Origin: an uncultured Chitinophaga sp.
Lineage (GTDB): Bacteria > Bacteroidota > Bacteroidia > Chitinophagales > LD1
NCBI GenBank assembly: GCA_964423405.1
Contig: CAYREY010000005.1
Location: 64,494 to 128,493, forward strand
Reading direction: 5' to 3'
DNA: 64,000 bases
In this document: piece by piece, positions 57,201-60,079 of the stretch
Layout of the letters: every line of letters starts with the position of its first letter
How positions within the stretch are numbered: the stretch's first letter is position 1
Made by a program: the position numbers and the translations under genes
Notes under the pieces: generated by a model
Seen by the model: the letters and a program-made list of their open reading frames with translations, nothing else
The model's database searches: none
What the model was told of the DNA's origin: nothing

Positions 57201-59981
57201 ATAAGTAGTATCGTTGGTCAGGTTCTGGAAAACGCTGTTGAAGCCGCTCCAGCCTAAAGTAGCTGAGGTGGCACCCGCTGGTACTACGGCTGTATCTACT
57301 TCGCCGGCATCGTTAAAGTCGCCGTCTTTATTAAAGTCTATCCAGCCCATTAGCATGGCGGTAACACCGGTACCGTTGGTTACGTTAACCGTTTGTGTAA
57401 AACGGGTAGCTGTATCCTGTATAAGTACCTGGGTAGGGTTGCCACCTATACCGTCTTCATCGTCGGGTGTGGTACCTTGCAGGTCATCACCATCGCACTT
57501 GTAGGTGGGGTTTGGAAAATCCTCACGGTCAATAGCAGCACTACCTAATTTAAGAGTCTGGAAGATTACGTGGTTAGGGCTACCATAGCTGGCCGGAGCA
57601 TCGCTATAATCAAAATTCAATAAAATTCCGATACGCCATTTAAATACTACGTGTTTATCATCAGAGCCTGTTGAGTTAGCACCATCAAACACAGTAAGGG
57701 GACCAGTTGTAGGGCCTATAATTACCGGCTCGAATGTAGAGCTATGTACCGTTGTACCAAGTACTATTAATGAGTCTCCTTCTACCACAAAGTGATTACT
57801 GCCATGTGGCACACCGGTCTGACCCAGGTAATCGTTTGCACTACCACCTATTAACGTACCAAAATATTGTGTTTTAAGGTCGGTGCCTAATACCATGTAG
57901 AAAATATCCCAGGTTCCTCCGTTAAAAGTACTATCGAAGAACGTTCCGCCGTCATCCAGGTTTTTATTGAAAGGATAACGGGTAGATTGCGTTTCGCCAA
58001 ATATCATAAGGGCGTATGGGGTGTACGTGCGCAGGGTGTTACCACGGTCATCGTCGTTACCGCCAAAGAAAGTCGCCGCCCATGGGTCAACTGAACCGGC
58101 GTTCCAGCCATTTCTTGGTATTTTACCCACAAAAGCATCCTGACCGGTACCTTTAGTTGTTTGGAAACGATTACCAACAGCATTAGGCCCCAGATAGAAG
58201 TTGGTGCTGGAAGTAAAACCGGTTACGTAAAGAGTATCAAAAGCATCAATAGTTAAGCCGTAGAACTCATCATCGCCGGTACCACCAAAGCGGCTTAGCA
58301 TTTGTACAGTACTTCCGCCGTTTGCGTTTAATACACCCAGTACTCCATCTAATGCACCGGTAGTAGAACCAACCCCCTGTGCCGCATTGTTAAACAGAGC
58401 CGGGAAACTGGCAGAGTTGCCGGATGAACCAGAAAATGCAATGGCACCATCGCTAAACACCTGTATATCGTTTAATTGATCGGCACCCGTGCCGCCAATA
58501 TAAGTACCAAAAGCCAGCGTATTCAGGTTATTGAACTTTGCAATATACATCTCTGTACTGCCCGAGTAACTGGCGTCATAAGCATTACTGATGTAGTTAG
58601 GAGTGCCAGATGAAGGCACTGAACCATTAACCGTACCACCTACCACAAAAGTGGTGTTAGATGTTGGGCGGATAGAAACCATTTCGTCGTCATTACCACC
58701 GTCGCCCAAATATGTAGAGTATAATAATGTACTTAAAGTGCTGTTCAATACACCAACAAAACCATCTGTACTATTACGGGTATTATCAAATGCAGTAGTA
58801 GAACCTGATGGCAGGGTACCTGCTGTTTTACCACATACAAATACGCGCGATTTGTCCGGTGACATAGCAAGGCCATATAAACGGTCATCGGCGGTACTAC
58901 CAAAATAGGAAACTGCCAATACGGCAGTGCCATCGGCTTTCAATTCGTATATTATACCATCTACGCTGCCAGCATAAGTGTTAGAAAACCCAAACAGTGA
59001 AGCGGGGTTTATATAGTTACCGGCTCCTGATGTTAACTGCACGTTAATATTACCGCCGCAATAAACATTTCCGCTGTTGTCTATATCTATGGCAAATATG
59101 TACTCGTCAAATGAGTCACTATTATTCTCGAAGAAAGTACCCCATTTCAAACTTGGATCGATAACCAATGCATAGTTGTTATCTATTTTGCTGGCAGCCT
59201 TGAAAGTGGCAACGTCGCCTTTCACATCAAAAGCCATTTTAACCATTACCTTTTTGCCATCTATTATCTGGTAGGCTTCCGGTATATCAAATTTCACTTC
59301 GTCAAACTCAAGTTTTACCGCCAGGTTGCCATTTTCATCTATGCGCAGGCCTTCCTGTCCTTTAAAGCGCATTTTAATGTTGTTAAAATCGGCACCGGCA
59401 TTTACCACCCAGTCAAACTCCATTACGTGCTGGTGCTGGCTGTAAATACGCAGGTCTATACCATTATATATATCGTTAAGGGTTAACTCACCAAAACTTG
59501 AAGCGTTGGCGCCATGATAATTTTCACCAACAAAGTAGTTGTACTTGGTAGGCATCTCCTTCTCCTTACTTATAGTATAGTTAGGGTTAGAGCCATCGAG
59601 GTATATACCCCAGCCGTGAACTTCCTGATGGGTCAGTTCTTCTGCCTCATGCGCTTCATCTTCGGCAGTTTCTTCGTGCTCCTCACCCTCGTGCTCTTCT
59701 TTTTCGAAAGAAAGGAAGTGGATATGGTCATTGGTAATATACATATTACCAATGTTGGTATTACCCGCCACTTTCACGGTAGGGTCCCACTGGCCTTTGT
59801 TCTCAATAAACGAGATTGAGTTGCTGGTTTCTTTTACCAGTTTGTTAATCTGCTCTTTCGAAAGCCTTTTGGTTGCTGCCTGTGCAGGGGCCTGTGCCAG
59901 CACAGGTTGTACAGCCAGGCCAAACGCCAGCATCAGAAAACAAAGTAGTGCGCCTTTAAGGGTAAAGGTTTTTTTACTCAT
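36255..59981 (-). CDS. Giant SprB-like T9SS type B cargo / cell-surface adhesin (7,908 aa from ATG 59981)
   Basis: This is a single uninterrupted ORF. ATG 59981 gives MSKKTFTLKGALLCFLMLAFGLAVQPVLAQA, a signal peptide; the track start at 60026 adds 15 aa. Domain order is: FIENKGQW N-domain and SBBP-like beta-propeller repeats; GEVED domain (ANGEVEDYLV); 7 X-Y domain pairs; 7 Y domains; cadherin-like (V/F)NDPP domains; 3 Ig-like domains; 23 PKD-like domains; more (V)NDPP domains; and a C-terminal FIPNGFSPNGDGVNDNYVI...RIFNRWGVEVW...LPDGTYYIIYEY type B sorting domain. Confidence 0.9.
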   Translation of the reverse strand: MSKKTFTLKGALLCFLMLAFGLAVQPVLAQAPAQAATKRLSKEQINKLVKETSNSISFIENKGQWDPTVKVAGNTNIGNMYITNDHIHFLSFEKEEHEGEEHEETAEDEAHEAEELTHQEVHGWGIYLDGSNPNYTISKEKEMPTKYNYFVGENYHGANASSFGELTLNDIYNGIDLRIYSQHQHVMEFDWVVNAGADFNNIKMRFKGQEGLRIDENGNLAVKLEFDEVKFDIPEAYQIIDGKKVMVKMAFDVKGDVATFKAASKIDNNYALVIDPSLKWGTFFENNSDSFDEYIFAIDIDNSGNVYCGGNINVQLTSGAGNYINPASLFGFSNTYAGSVDGIIYELKADGTAVLAVSYFGSTADDRLYGLAMSPDKSRVFVCGKTAGTLPSGSTTAFDNTRNSTDGFVGVLNSTLSTLLYSTYLGDGGNDDEMVSIRPTSNTTFVVGGTVNGSVPSSGTPNYISNAYDASYSGSTEMYIAKFNNLNTLAFGTYIGGTGADQLNDIQVFSDGAIAFSGSSGNSASFPALFNNAAQGVGSTTGALDGVLGVLNANGGSTVQMLSRFGGTGDDEFYGLTIDAFDTLYVTGFTSSTNFYLGPNAVGNRFQTTKGTGQDAFVGKIPRNGWNAGSVDPWAATFFGGNDDDRGNTLRTYTPYALMIFGETQSTRYPFNKNLDDGGTFFDSTFNGGTWDIFYMVLGTDLKTQYFGTLIGGSANDYLGQTGVPHGSNHFVVEGDSLIVLGTTVHSSTFEPVIIGPTTGPLTVFDGANSTGSDDKHVVFKWRIGILLNFDYSDAPASYGSPNHVIFQTLKLGSAAIDREDFPNPTYKCDGDDLQGTTPDDEDGIGGNPTQVLIQDTATRFTQTVNVTNGTGVTAMLMGWIDFNKDGDFNDAGEVDTAVVPAGATSATLGWSGFNSVFQNLTNDTTYMRLRITTQTSFFVSNPSPTANAANGEVEDYLVIRYRCVNLVSATVDTNGTTSCGSATGSLVITNGNLVPGVQYGVYYSKNGGPLQGPFYYTTASGTGTLTISGLTAGSYTSVEVFHPTNRLCGYTLPNTYVITDPASPPAPSNVTATPNPVCTGTTVQFSATGQVGATYSWTGPQSFTSSLQNPTRSITAINQGGTYLVTQTVNGCTSPQGTVTLVVTGTPVIGTVTGTNPTTCSGTQGTITITGLLANQTYTVFYTKGGVQQGPVSLTTNGSGNIIITGLTAGTYTGFQVSIAGCSSAVNGTTITLVDPTAPPAPLTATVTPNPVCTGNTVNFAATTNQVGTITWNWTGPNGFTSTQQNPSLAITTTAQGGAYNVTQTINNCTSPARSVTLTVNQTPTFAFSSSSNPTTCGGTNGSITISGLNNNTTYSVSYTFNGAPQSAVNFTSNGSGLLTITGLAAGAYTNIIVTLSGCSSAPLAGTITLSPPSSPATPAPTSNTPVCTGNTISLSTSTVAGGTYSWTGPSSFSSSVQNPTRTNATTAMAGSYCVVVTVAGCPSAPGCTNVVVNTTPAISSGTRVNPTTCAGSDGSITLNGLANNTTYSLSYSKDLVAQGPFTLTSNGSGQLLITGLSAGSYTNFTVTANGCTSAVFNGPLVLTDPTAPATPSPSSNSPVCSGTVISLSTATVAGGSYSWTGPLSYSNNVQNPSISNAATNMSGNYCVVVTVANCASAPGCTNVVVNPTPVIVTSGFTNPTTCGGNDGTITLNGLTANTTYSVRYTRNGILQGPFNLTSNGAGVVTISGLNQGNYSVITVTLNGCQSSPVAGPLNLTDPAAPAAPSVSSNSPVCTGGTINLFANGNVGATYSWVGVDGDNSFTSNLQNPSRTSATLAMDGEYCVTQTVAGCISAPACVTVVVNQTPTVSTSTSTNPTTCSGTNGTVVLNGLLANTTYTVNYLKNLVAQGPFSITTNASGVLTITGLSAGSYTSVTVTLLGCTSAAAGPFTLTDPSNPAAPTVGSNSPVCSGGTINLTASGPGSSFSWTGPNSYTSSTQNPSITSATTGMSGSYCATQTVNNCVSPQACTTVTVNQTPSFGIFGSSNPTTCGGSQGSITLSGLNNNANYSVTYTKTPGGGQGPFVISSTGTGELVIGSLSAGSYSNFVVTLVSTGCASSPVAGPVVLTDPTTPAAPTAGSNSPVCSGNAINLTANGQSGASYSWTGPNSYNSTSQNPTILSATTGMSGSYCVTQTVAGCTSSPACVTVTVNQTPAAPTAGASPNPICSGNTLTLTATGQVGATYNWIFPDGGTATGSPVTRTNVTTGMSGVYSVTQTVNGCTSTTPGTVNVTVNQTPSAPTAGASPNPICSGNTLTLTATGQPGATFTWTYPDGGGATGSPVTRNNVTTGMGGVYSVTQTVSGCTSTTSGTVNVTVNQTPAAPSAAAAPNPICSGNTLTLTATGLVGATFNWSFPDGGTATGSPVTRSNVTTGMSGVYSVTQTVNGCTSTTAGTVNVTVNQTPSAPTAGASPNPICSGNTLTLTATGQPGATFTWTYPDGGGATGSPVTRTNVTTAMGGVYNVTQTVNGCTSTTPGSVSVTVNETPAAPTAAASPNPICSGNTLTLTATGLPGATFTWTYPDGGGTTGNPVTRSNVTTGMAGVYSVTQTINGCTSTTAGTVNVTINQTPAAPTANSNSPVCTGNAINLTATGQVGATFNWTYPDGPTTTGTPVSRSNATTGMAGLYSVTQTVNGCTSTTAGTTTVVVNTTPGVPSASNNGPVCLGDLIQLTTPAVLGATYTWSGPNSFSSNLQSPTIASAAAVNAGTYSVTITVNGCSSTSPGTTTLVVNNCAPIAVRDVYSSCAVSPITGNILTNDIDPSGDGIQVVTPLICGNFSAGTFNVNAGGAFTFTPPAAFNGVDSICYKVCNVNFPTVCDTGIAVFDYTCVNLPPVAVDDNYNMNEDDTLTGTVTTNDYDPDGGIITVTTTPTCNPQHGSVTLQANGNFTYIPNANYNGLDTFCYQICDNGSPIKCANATVVINVIPVNDPPFVPDTTVTTPEDSTITVCLPVTDIEVNTQSHNVNICGNPVNGTIISGPTVNNPLVPRTVCLTYRPNTNFNGSDSICLIVCDNGTPAKCDTTVTRITVTPVNDPPVAINDSYTTNEDQNIVTSSGTGVRNNDSDPADGLGATSLTVTTTPVVDVTNGTLTLNADGSFTYVPNANFSGTDSFQYRVCDSGTGLPSPLCDTATAYITVVPVNDPPFVPDTTTTTPEDSTFTVCLPITDVEVNTQIHSVNICGAPQHGVIVSGPSINNPLLPRTLCYTYTPTTNYYGTDSICLIVCDNGVPVKCDTTVTRITITPVNDPPVANNDNYNTNEDTPITTNSGTGVRNNDSDPADGLGATSLTVTTTPVVNVSNGTLTLNADGSFTYTPNANFSGTDSFQYRVCDSGVGLPSPLCDTATAYITVTPVNDPPFVPDTTVTTPEDSTFTVCLPITDVEVSTQSYNVNICGLPVNGTIVSGPTINNPLLPRTICYTYTPNTNYYGADSICLIVCDNGVPAKCDTTVTRITITPVNDPPVAVNDNYTTNEDVTLTTNSGTGVRNNDSDPADGLGATSLTVTTSPIVNVSNGTLTLNANGSFTYVPNTNFTGTDSFQYRVCDTGVGLPSPLCDTATAYITIVPVNDPPFVPDTIINTCEDCGTTTVCVPVSDNDPGQTHYVAATFCGPNSGIASYTLNGPAFDVLCVSYTPSLNFNGNDSICVVVCDNGSPNLCDTTRIRITVDPVNDPPIAVNDNYTTSEDVTINTNATTGVRNNDSDPGDNRGATTLTVNGSPVVAPVNGTLTLNADGSFTYVPNANYSGTDSFQYRVCDSGTGLPAPLCDTATAYITITPVNDPPFVPDTTVTTPEDTPIVVCIPITDLDVANQHVASFCDAPDNGVITSGPIVDNNTHTVCITYRPNTNFNGNDSICLTVCDNGIPSLCDNTIIRIIVTPVNDPPVAVNDNYSTTEDSTIVIPVGTGVRANDNDNADNNPVTSLTVTTTPLNGPSHGTITLNPNGSFTYDPDTNYFGIDSFQYRVCDAGTPPPSLCDTATAYITISPFNDPPVIIDTPVTTCEDCPITVCIPFTDEDITDVHVPSLLCSPVNGTVSNITINNTTRILCFDYVGFTNINGEDSLCIVVCDNGVPVKCDTSYIHITIDPVNDPPYADTIYVTTYENIPVGVNVASATGDVEGDPLSYSYGGVVTGSGTYYITGNGAIVFVPDSGFTGTAVIPYGVCDLSPYPVNVLCDSAAIVVTVLPQSDTVNNHAPVANNDYATTPMNNPVVINQLANDYDPDGDPLQVTVTGLPAHGVVTVNPNGTVNYTPNTGYFGYDTIRYVICDPVGSTQPRPLCDDALIIISITRDPGGVPNDAPVAVDDFANICADATTVLNVLRNDYDPNGDALTSVSIIRNVTNGALVNSSLGIYSYDPNNNFAGADTFVYRVCDNGSPSLCDTATAIITVAPIPVITPSAPSASLCSGDNLSLTFTSNVNGTVISWTATNGTSGTGNINTTLTNTGTSDIVVTYTVIGSTGSGCGSAPLTIPVTVKPRPTVNYVVNNTIFCSGDQVVINLSSTIPNTTYTWSGSNGSSGTGNLITDNPVNVGPSDSTVTYTINSLVNGCAGTTVTVPVTVKPRPVVTPAPASQTVCSGTPVSITLSSNIPGTAVLWTGSNGNSGNTFTINDSPINNGNTNLTVTYTINSSLNGCTGTTTFATVTVRPNVTADAGTDKSVTACSGSCVTLGGSPSGAGGSGALTYAWSPRTSLNDSTLANPVACNVAANTTYTLVVTDAQGCSATDAVTVNVLPSSLTAEAGSGGALCLGSGDSVTLGGFPTAVGGTPAYTYTWSPLVGLNLTNPANPEAFPATTTTYYLTVTDALGCTSTDSAIVRVYPTLTANAGVDTSICAGSPAQLGGTPTAAGGFGSGYTYLWSPTGGVSDVNAANPTATPSILTTYSVLVIDPNGCSATDNVVVNVRPNPIAQAGADKTLVLCAGDSVIIGDAPAAINGTAPYTYRWLPSAGLSDSTAANPVVKGITTTTVYTLLVTDATGCTSTDQVTVNVVNSNLQANAGNDEAVCSNNNCVQLGGIPTAVGGTAPFTYAWSNAGVLSSATASNPLACPTATTTFTVTITDSKGCTATDSETVTVNPAPTANAGPDTSVCSGNAIQIGGNPSATGGTTPYVYNWIPTIGLSLPNVPNPSAAPTNVTTYQLIVVDNKGCSNLDEVTVTPRTTPVVDAGPDKNLVGCVGDTVFIGGLPVVTGGGTAPYTYDWTYGAGLSDSTIANPLVTGIAATTSYQLIVTDTFGCRGVDFVVVNVLPSTLQANAGSDQRICAGAGTQVTLGGSPTAVGGTSPYTYNWGTGAFFVSNLANPTVSPTSTTTYYVTVTDSKGCRSVDTVVVTVTPSPVANAGVDTTLCSGFCVNLGSANTGSGGTGALQYAWTPTQGLFANNTANPQACPLVTTTYTVLVTDANGCTGTDNITVTIRSNPVADAGQDVSLSNCSADSVTIGGSPAATGGAGGYDYQWSPATGLSADSISNPVVKGLIVSQLYTLVVTDANGCSAEDAVLVTVTSGTLSAEAGVGGSYCAGSNGTVTLGASPTAIGGTPGYSYTWSPVTNLDQSNPANPIASPDTTTTYYVSVTDSKGCIAVDSVTVTVRPAVTVDAGRDTAVCAGASVILGATPTATGGTQPYTYTWAPGNDISSPSASNPTATPAATTLYTVRVTDVNGCTASDAVLVTINALPVVNAGPDRNLVACSGDSVMLGGSPSATGTGPFTYQWNPSGALSSDTVANPYVRNLGSTATYTLVVTNANGCSASDQVTVNVTNSTFSAEAGNNVAFCEGASVSILLGGQPTAVGGTAPYTYTWSPATGLSSTSVANPLATPLTTTTYSVAIVDGTGCIAEDTVRITINPRPVVNAGAPDTICAGSIIQLGGTPSASGGTGNYTYTWTPGTGLNSTTTANPLAQPLATETYVLSVTDALGCSNSASVAIRVNQNPAANAGTDQSVVACPTACVTLGGTPTATGGGGGYLYAWAPASGLSNTGLSNPTACNLAQSLTYSLTVTDVNGCTAIDQVLVTVTQSTLTADAGLDKSICAGTTTCVTIGGTNAVSGGTAPYIIDWSPVAGICNSNSIANPQVNPTDTTTYVLLVTDAYGCIAVDSMVLFANPAVTASVLPDTAICAGGSALLGGAPTASGGSGNFTYTWNPGVGLSSTVSANPIATPATVTTYTVTITDAVGCTASASQTVSVNPAVCANAGTDKTMTNCPGSFTQLGGSPTGGCGSGNYSYAWSPSANLNGATIPNPIVTGLTVTTTFSVTVTDNATGCFAVDEVVVTVNQTNLTADAGTNKVFCANSNGCVTIGGNPTAVGGQPPYLYQWAPITNLSDATIANPCANPLNTTTYYLTVTDQLGCNMMDSMTVVVSPLIAVNAGIDTAICTGTSIVLGGTPAVVGGTTPYSYAWSLGAFPSNIANPTATPVSSSSYTLTVTDSLGCTASDVVNISLRALPVANAGADAAITACALDSAILGGSPTASGTVGPYSYSWYPPVTPALSDTNAANPTVKQLGFTTVFTVTVTDSFGCKASDDVQVTVLPNTLFVDAGSNFGNLCANANTCVTLGGPVSGGEPPYTYQWFGGANTPTSLNSTACPLVTTVYTLVVTDNNGCQAADSTTVVVNNPPSVSFTGLTDSICIDAGNILLTGSPAGGSFFGTGVTGNVFQPAVVGEGTWCIQYIYTDPATGCSKDTFACTVVTPLPAVTASGFAPAYCQFDSAVTLVGSPAGGIFTGSTGLSGQDGSVFNPAAAPLGNNTITYTYTDPNTGCDNTYTFVINVKGAPTIAVTASADTSCFGTAVTFTPNFSFDVFNIIWSVQGGGNVGSGTSPFSYTHTTTGDYCLIATAINTPNGCVSSDTICSHVNIPPVAVNDQAETCEEIPVTFTVLTNDTDAEGNTSTVTIISAANGSATVNGDSVTYTPRLNYNGADTIVYQICNTNCANACDTAEVYVSICPVNDPPVITDVIDTILINTSDTVCPSLADVDDAINTLTLSTVNCGTINGTVTVLNGCITYTPTTDWIGTQVICVSVCDTSGACDTGTVTIVVVPVNNPPVAQKISVFTCDSTTVGVNVAASTSDPDGNLMTYSYGPVSGGTWTATGNGSGVYYNNTPGVYTMEYYVCDISNIPVSPLCDTNIIRFTVIPCDGNNNPPVANDDEVMTAIDSVTIINELANDFDPDGDPLNVTILSGPGLPGATASLNGDNTVTYTSPVEGTDTVVYAICDPSGACDTAIIVIHVATVITNNHPPVAVDDFGTTDYQTPVTVPVQGNDHDPDGDALTTTSIPVPPTGGTATVNQDGTITYTPTTANAYDPDTFTYVICDDGLPVLCDTATVVIYINNSVVAVNECTVTGYNRTVVIDVLANDYDPDIIDSIWVAGTVSLPNTQGTAFVDAKGLIRYIPRTDTCGFIDTFAYVLVDEAGSIDTGYVCVEVLCCAAPIGVTDTARVITGDSVAIVVSLNDTITGATPVHEVIVNPQHGTAYFINDSTVMYVSAPGYCGADTFTYAGENVCGFDTALVIVNVICNTKPVALADTQTICLQDTITFNPLGNDTDADGNAIRITGIGAPSSSGLINIQALTDSTITISSNGTASTISLDYYICDNGLPVKCDTATIQVRIIPCPEPVIDPIYDTLQACVTTDSICIDKYVTLPANTNWSITAMCEPANGTLTFGNHCFNYVPNTGFYGNDTMCVTVCTDLGNCTTAPVIITTVDCIIQAVDEPCDLDTAIINTPITVDVLANDIIPVAADTTVTLITQPVNGVAVVNANNTVTYTPNTGFKGQEQFSYQVCAVSGSYIYCDTANICITVVDTAQPCFIPNGFSPNGDGVNDNYVIPCKDRSPLGTVRIFNRWGVEVWFSEGAYQDNFAGKNMEGIDLPDGTYYIIYEYNDGTNRREAKFVVIHR
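36258..36524 (-). other. T9SS type B (TIGR04131 / CHU_C) C-terminal sorting domain of the giant protein
   Basis: The last 89 aa read CFIPNGFSPNGDGVNDNYVIPCKDRSPLGTVRIFNRWGVEVWFSEGAYQDNFAGKNMEGIDLPDGTYYIIYEYNDGTNRREAKFVVIHR. Confidence 0.85.
36525..39360 (-). repeat. Second block of cadherin-like NDPPVA-type domains (about 9-10 domains; 5' boundary approximate)
   Basis: The motifs recur: IPPVAVNDQAETCEE, VNDPPVITD, NNPPVAQK, NNPPVANDDEV, NHPPVAVDDFG. Each ~95-100 aa unit ends in a C...CDT...V pattern. Confidence 0.6.
40092..45953 (-). repeat. Array of 23 PKD-like ~85-aa domains organised as a three-domain supermodule
   Basis: The unit consensus is AG.D...C.G....LGG.PTA.GGT.PYTY.W.P..GLS....ANP.A.P...TTY.L.VTD..GC...D.V.V.V. 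The array spans 5,862 nt, or 23 units averaging 85 aa. The boundaries were anchored in frame at codons 45953 and 40094. Confidence 0.8.
45954..46715 (-). repeat. Three ~84-aa Ig-like domains (CSGD...W.G(S/T)NG.SG.G...V.YT...GC...VTVKPRP)
   Basis: The three units are SLCSGDNLSLTFTSNVNGTVISWTATNGTSGTG..., IFCSGDQVVINLSSTIPNTTYTWSGSNGSSGTG... and TVCSGTPVSITLSSNIPGTAVLWTGSNGNSGNT.... The 5' boundary is approximate. Confidence 0.6.
47628..51089 (-). repeat. Tandem 636-nt (212-aa) two-domain cassette, 5 full copies plus one half copy
   Basis: Cassette starts (the V of VNDPPFVPDT) lie in frame at 51089, 50453, 49817, 49181 and 48551. A half copy starts at 47927 (FNDPPVIIDT), and the next domain type starts at 47627. 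The spacings are 636, 636, 636, 630 and 624 nt. Confidence 0.85.
51675..53411 (-). repeat. Seven tandem Y-type Ig-like domains: 5 units of 249 nt and 2 units of 246 nt
   Basis: Unit starts (the N of NQTP/NETP/NTTP) lie in frame at 53411, 53162, 52913, 52664, 52415, 52166 and 51920. The unit is NQTPxAPTAGASPNPICSGNTLTLTATGQxGATFxWxxPDGGxATGSPVTRxNVTTGMxGVYSVTQTVNGCTSTTxGTVNVTV. By eye the copies are roughly 85 percent identical at the nucleotide level. Confidence 0.85.
53412..57092 (-). repeat. Seven alternating X-Y domain pairs (~175 aa per pair)
   Basis: The X unit reads NPTTCxGxxGSITLxGLxxNTTYxVxYxxxxxxQGPFxLTSNGSGxLxIxGLxAGSYxxxxVTxxGC. The Y unit reads SNSPVCxGxxIxLxAxGxxGxxYSWTGPNSxxSxxQNPxIxxATxxMxGxYCVTQTVxxCxSxP. 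Seven X units and seven Y units alternate strictly. Confidence 0.75.
57093..57615 (-). other. GEVED domain of the giant protein
   Basis: The segment runs DYSDAPASYGSPNHV...DDEDGI...GWIDFNKDGDFNDAGE...ANGEVEDYLVIRY. This is the characteristic GEVED (PF20009) signature. Confidence 0.65.
57616..59888 (-). other. N-terminal FIENKGQW domain plus SBBP-type beta-propeller repeats
   Basis: The motif SFIENKGQWDP is present. Repeated segments of the type DGFVGVLNSTLSTLLYSTYLGGDGNDD, MYIAKFNNLNTLAFGTYIGGTGADQ and DAFVGKI...WAATFFGGNDDD resemble SBBP (PF06739). The boundaries are approximate. Confidence 0.55.
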
Positions 59982-60050
59982 AAATATGTGCTTTGAAGGA
60001 AGTACGCTTAAAGTAAAGTTTGCCATAAGTACCTTTCGTTAAATTGAAAA

Positions 60051-60079
60051 GGGAGCGAGGCTACTGTGCCATCGCTCCC
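60051..60079 (-). promoter_or_regulatory. Leader hairpin with a U tract upstream of the giant gene (candidate attenuator or 5' UTR structure)
   Basis: An 8-bp stem gggagcga / tcgctccc has a 13-nt loop. On the minus strand it is followed directly by TTTTCAATTT (60050..60041). It lies 70-98 nt upstream of ATG 59981. Confidence 0.35.

Noticed and set aside
36261-59819. There are dozens of plus-strand ORFs inside the giant gene, for example 37359..38288 (309 aa), 43470..44153 (227 aa) and 36261..36707. Similar ORFs lie inside the two tandem cargo genes, for example 15564..16511 (315 aa) and 22582..23265 (227 aa).
   Set aside because: All are antisense to long, motif-rich minus-strand ORFs. Their products are low-complexity (Y/R/S/C/I-rich), repeat with the same period as the sense-strand domains, and lack signal peptides or recognisable motifs. 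The biased T/G/N/V codon usage of the sense strand simply depletes stop codons on the opposite strand.
59982-60026. Several ORFs in the track have longer N-terminal extensions: 60026 for the giant gene, 7070, 12213, 23401, 30247, 61047, 6546, 1351 and 27831.
   Set aside because: In each case a downstream ATG immediately precedes a canonical signal peptide, lipobox or conserved N-terminus. Several of the extended starts are TTG or GTG codons, or overlap repeats or neighbouring genes.
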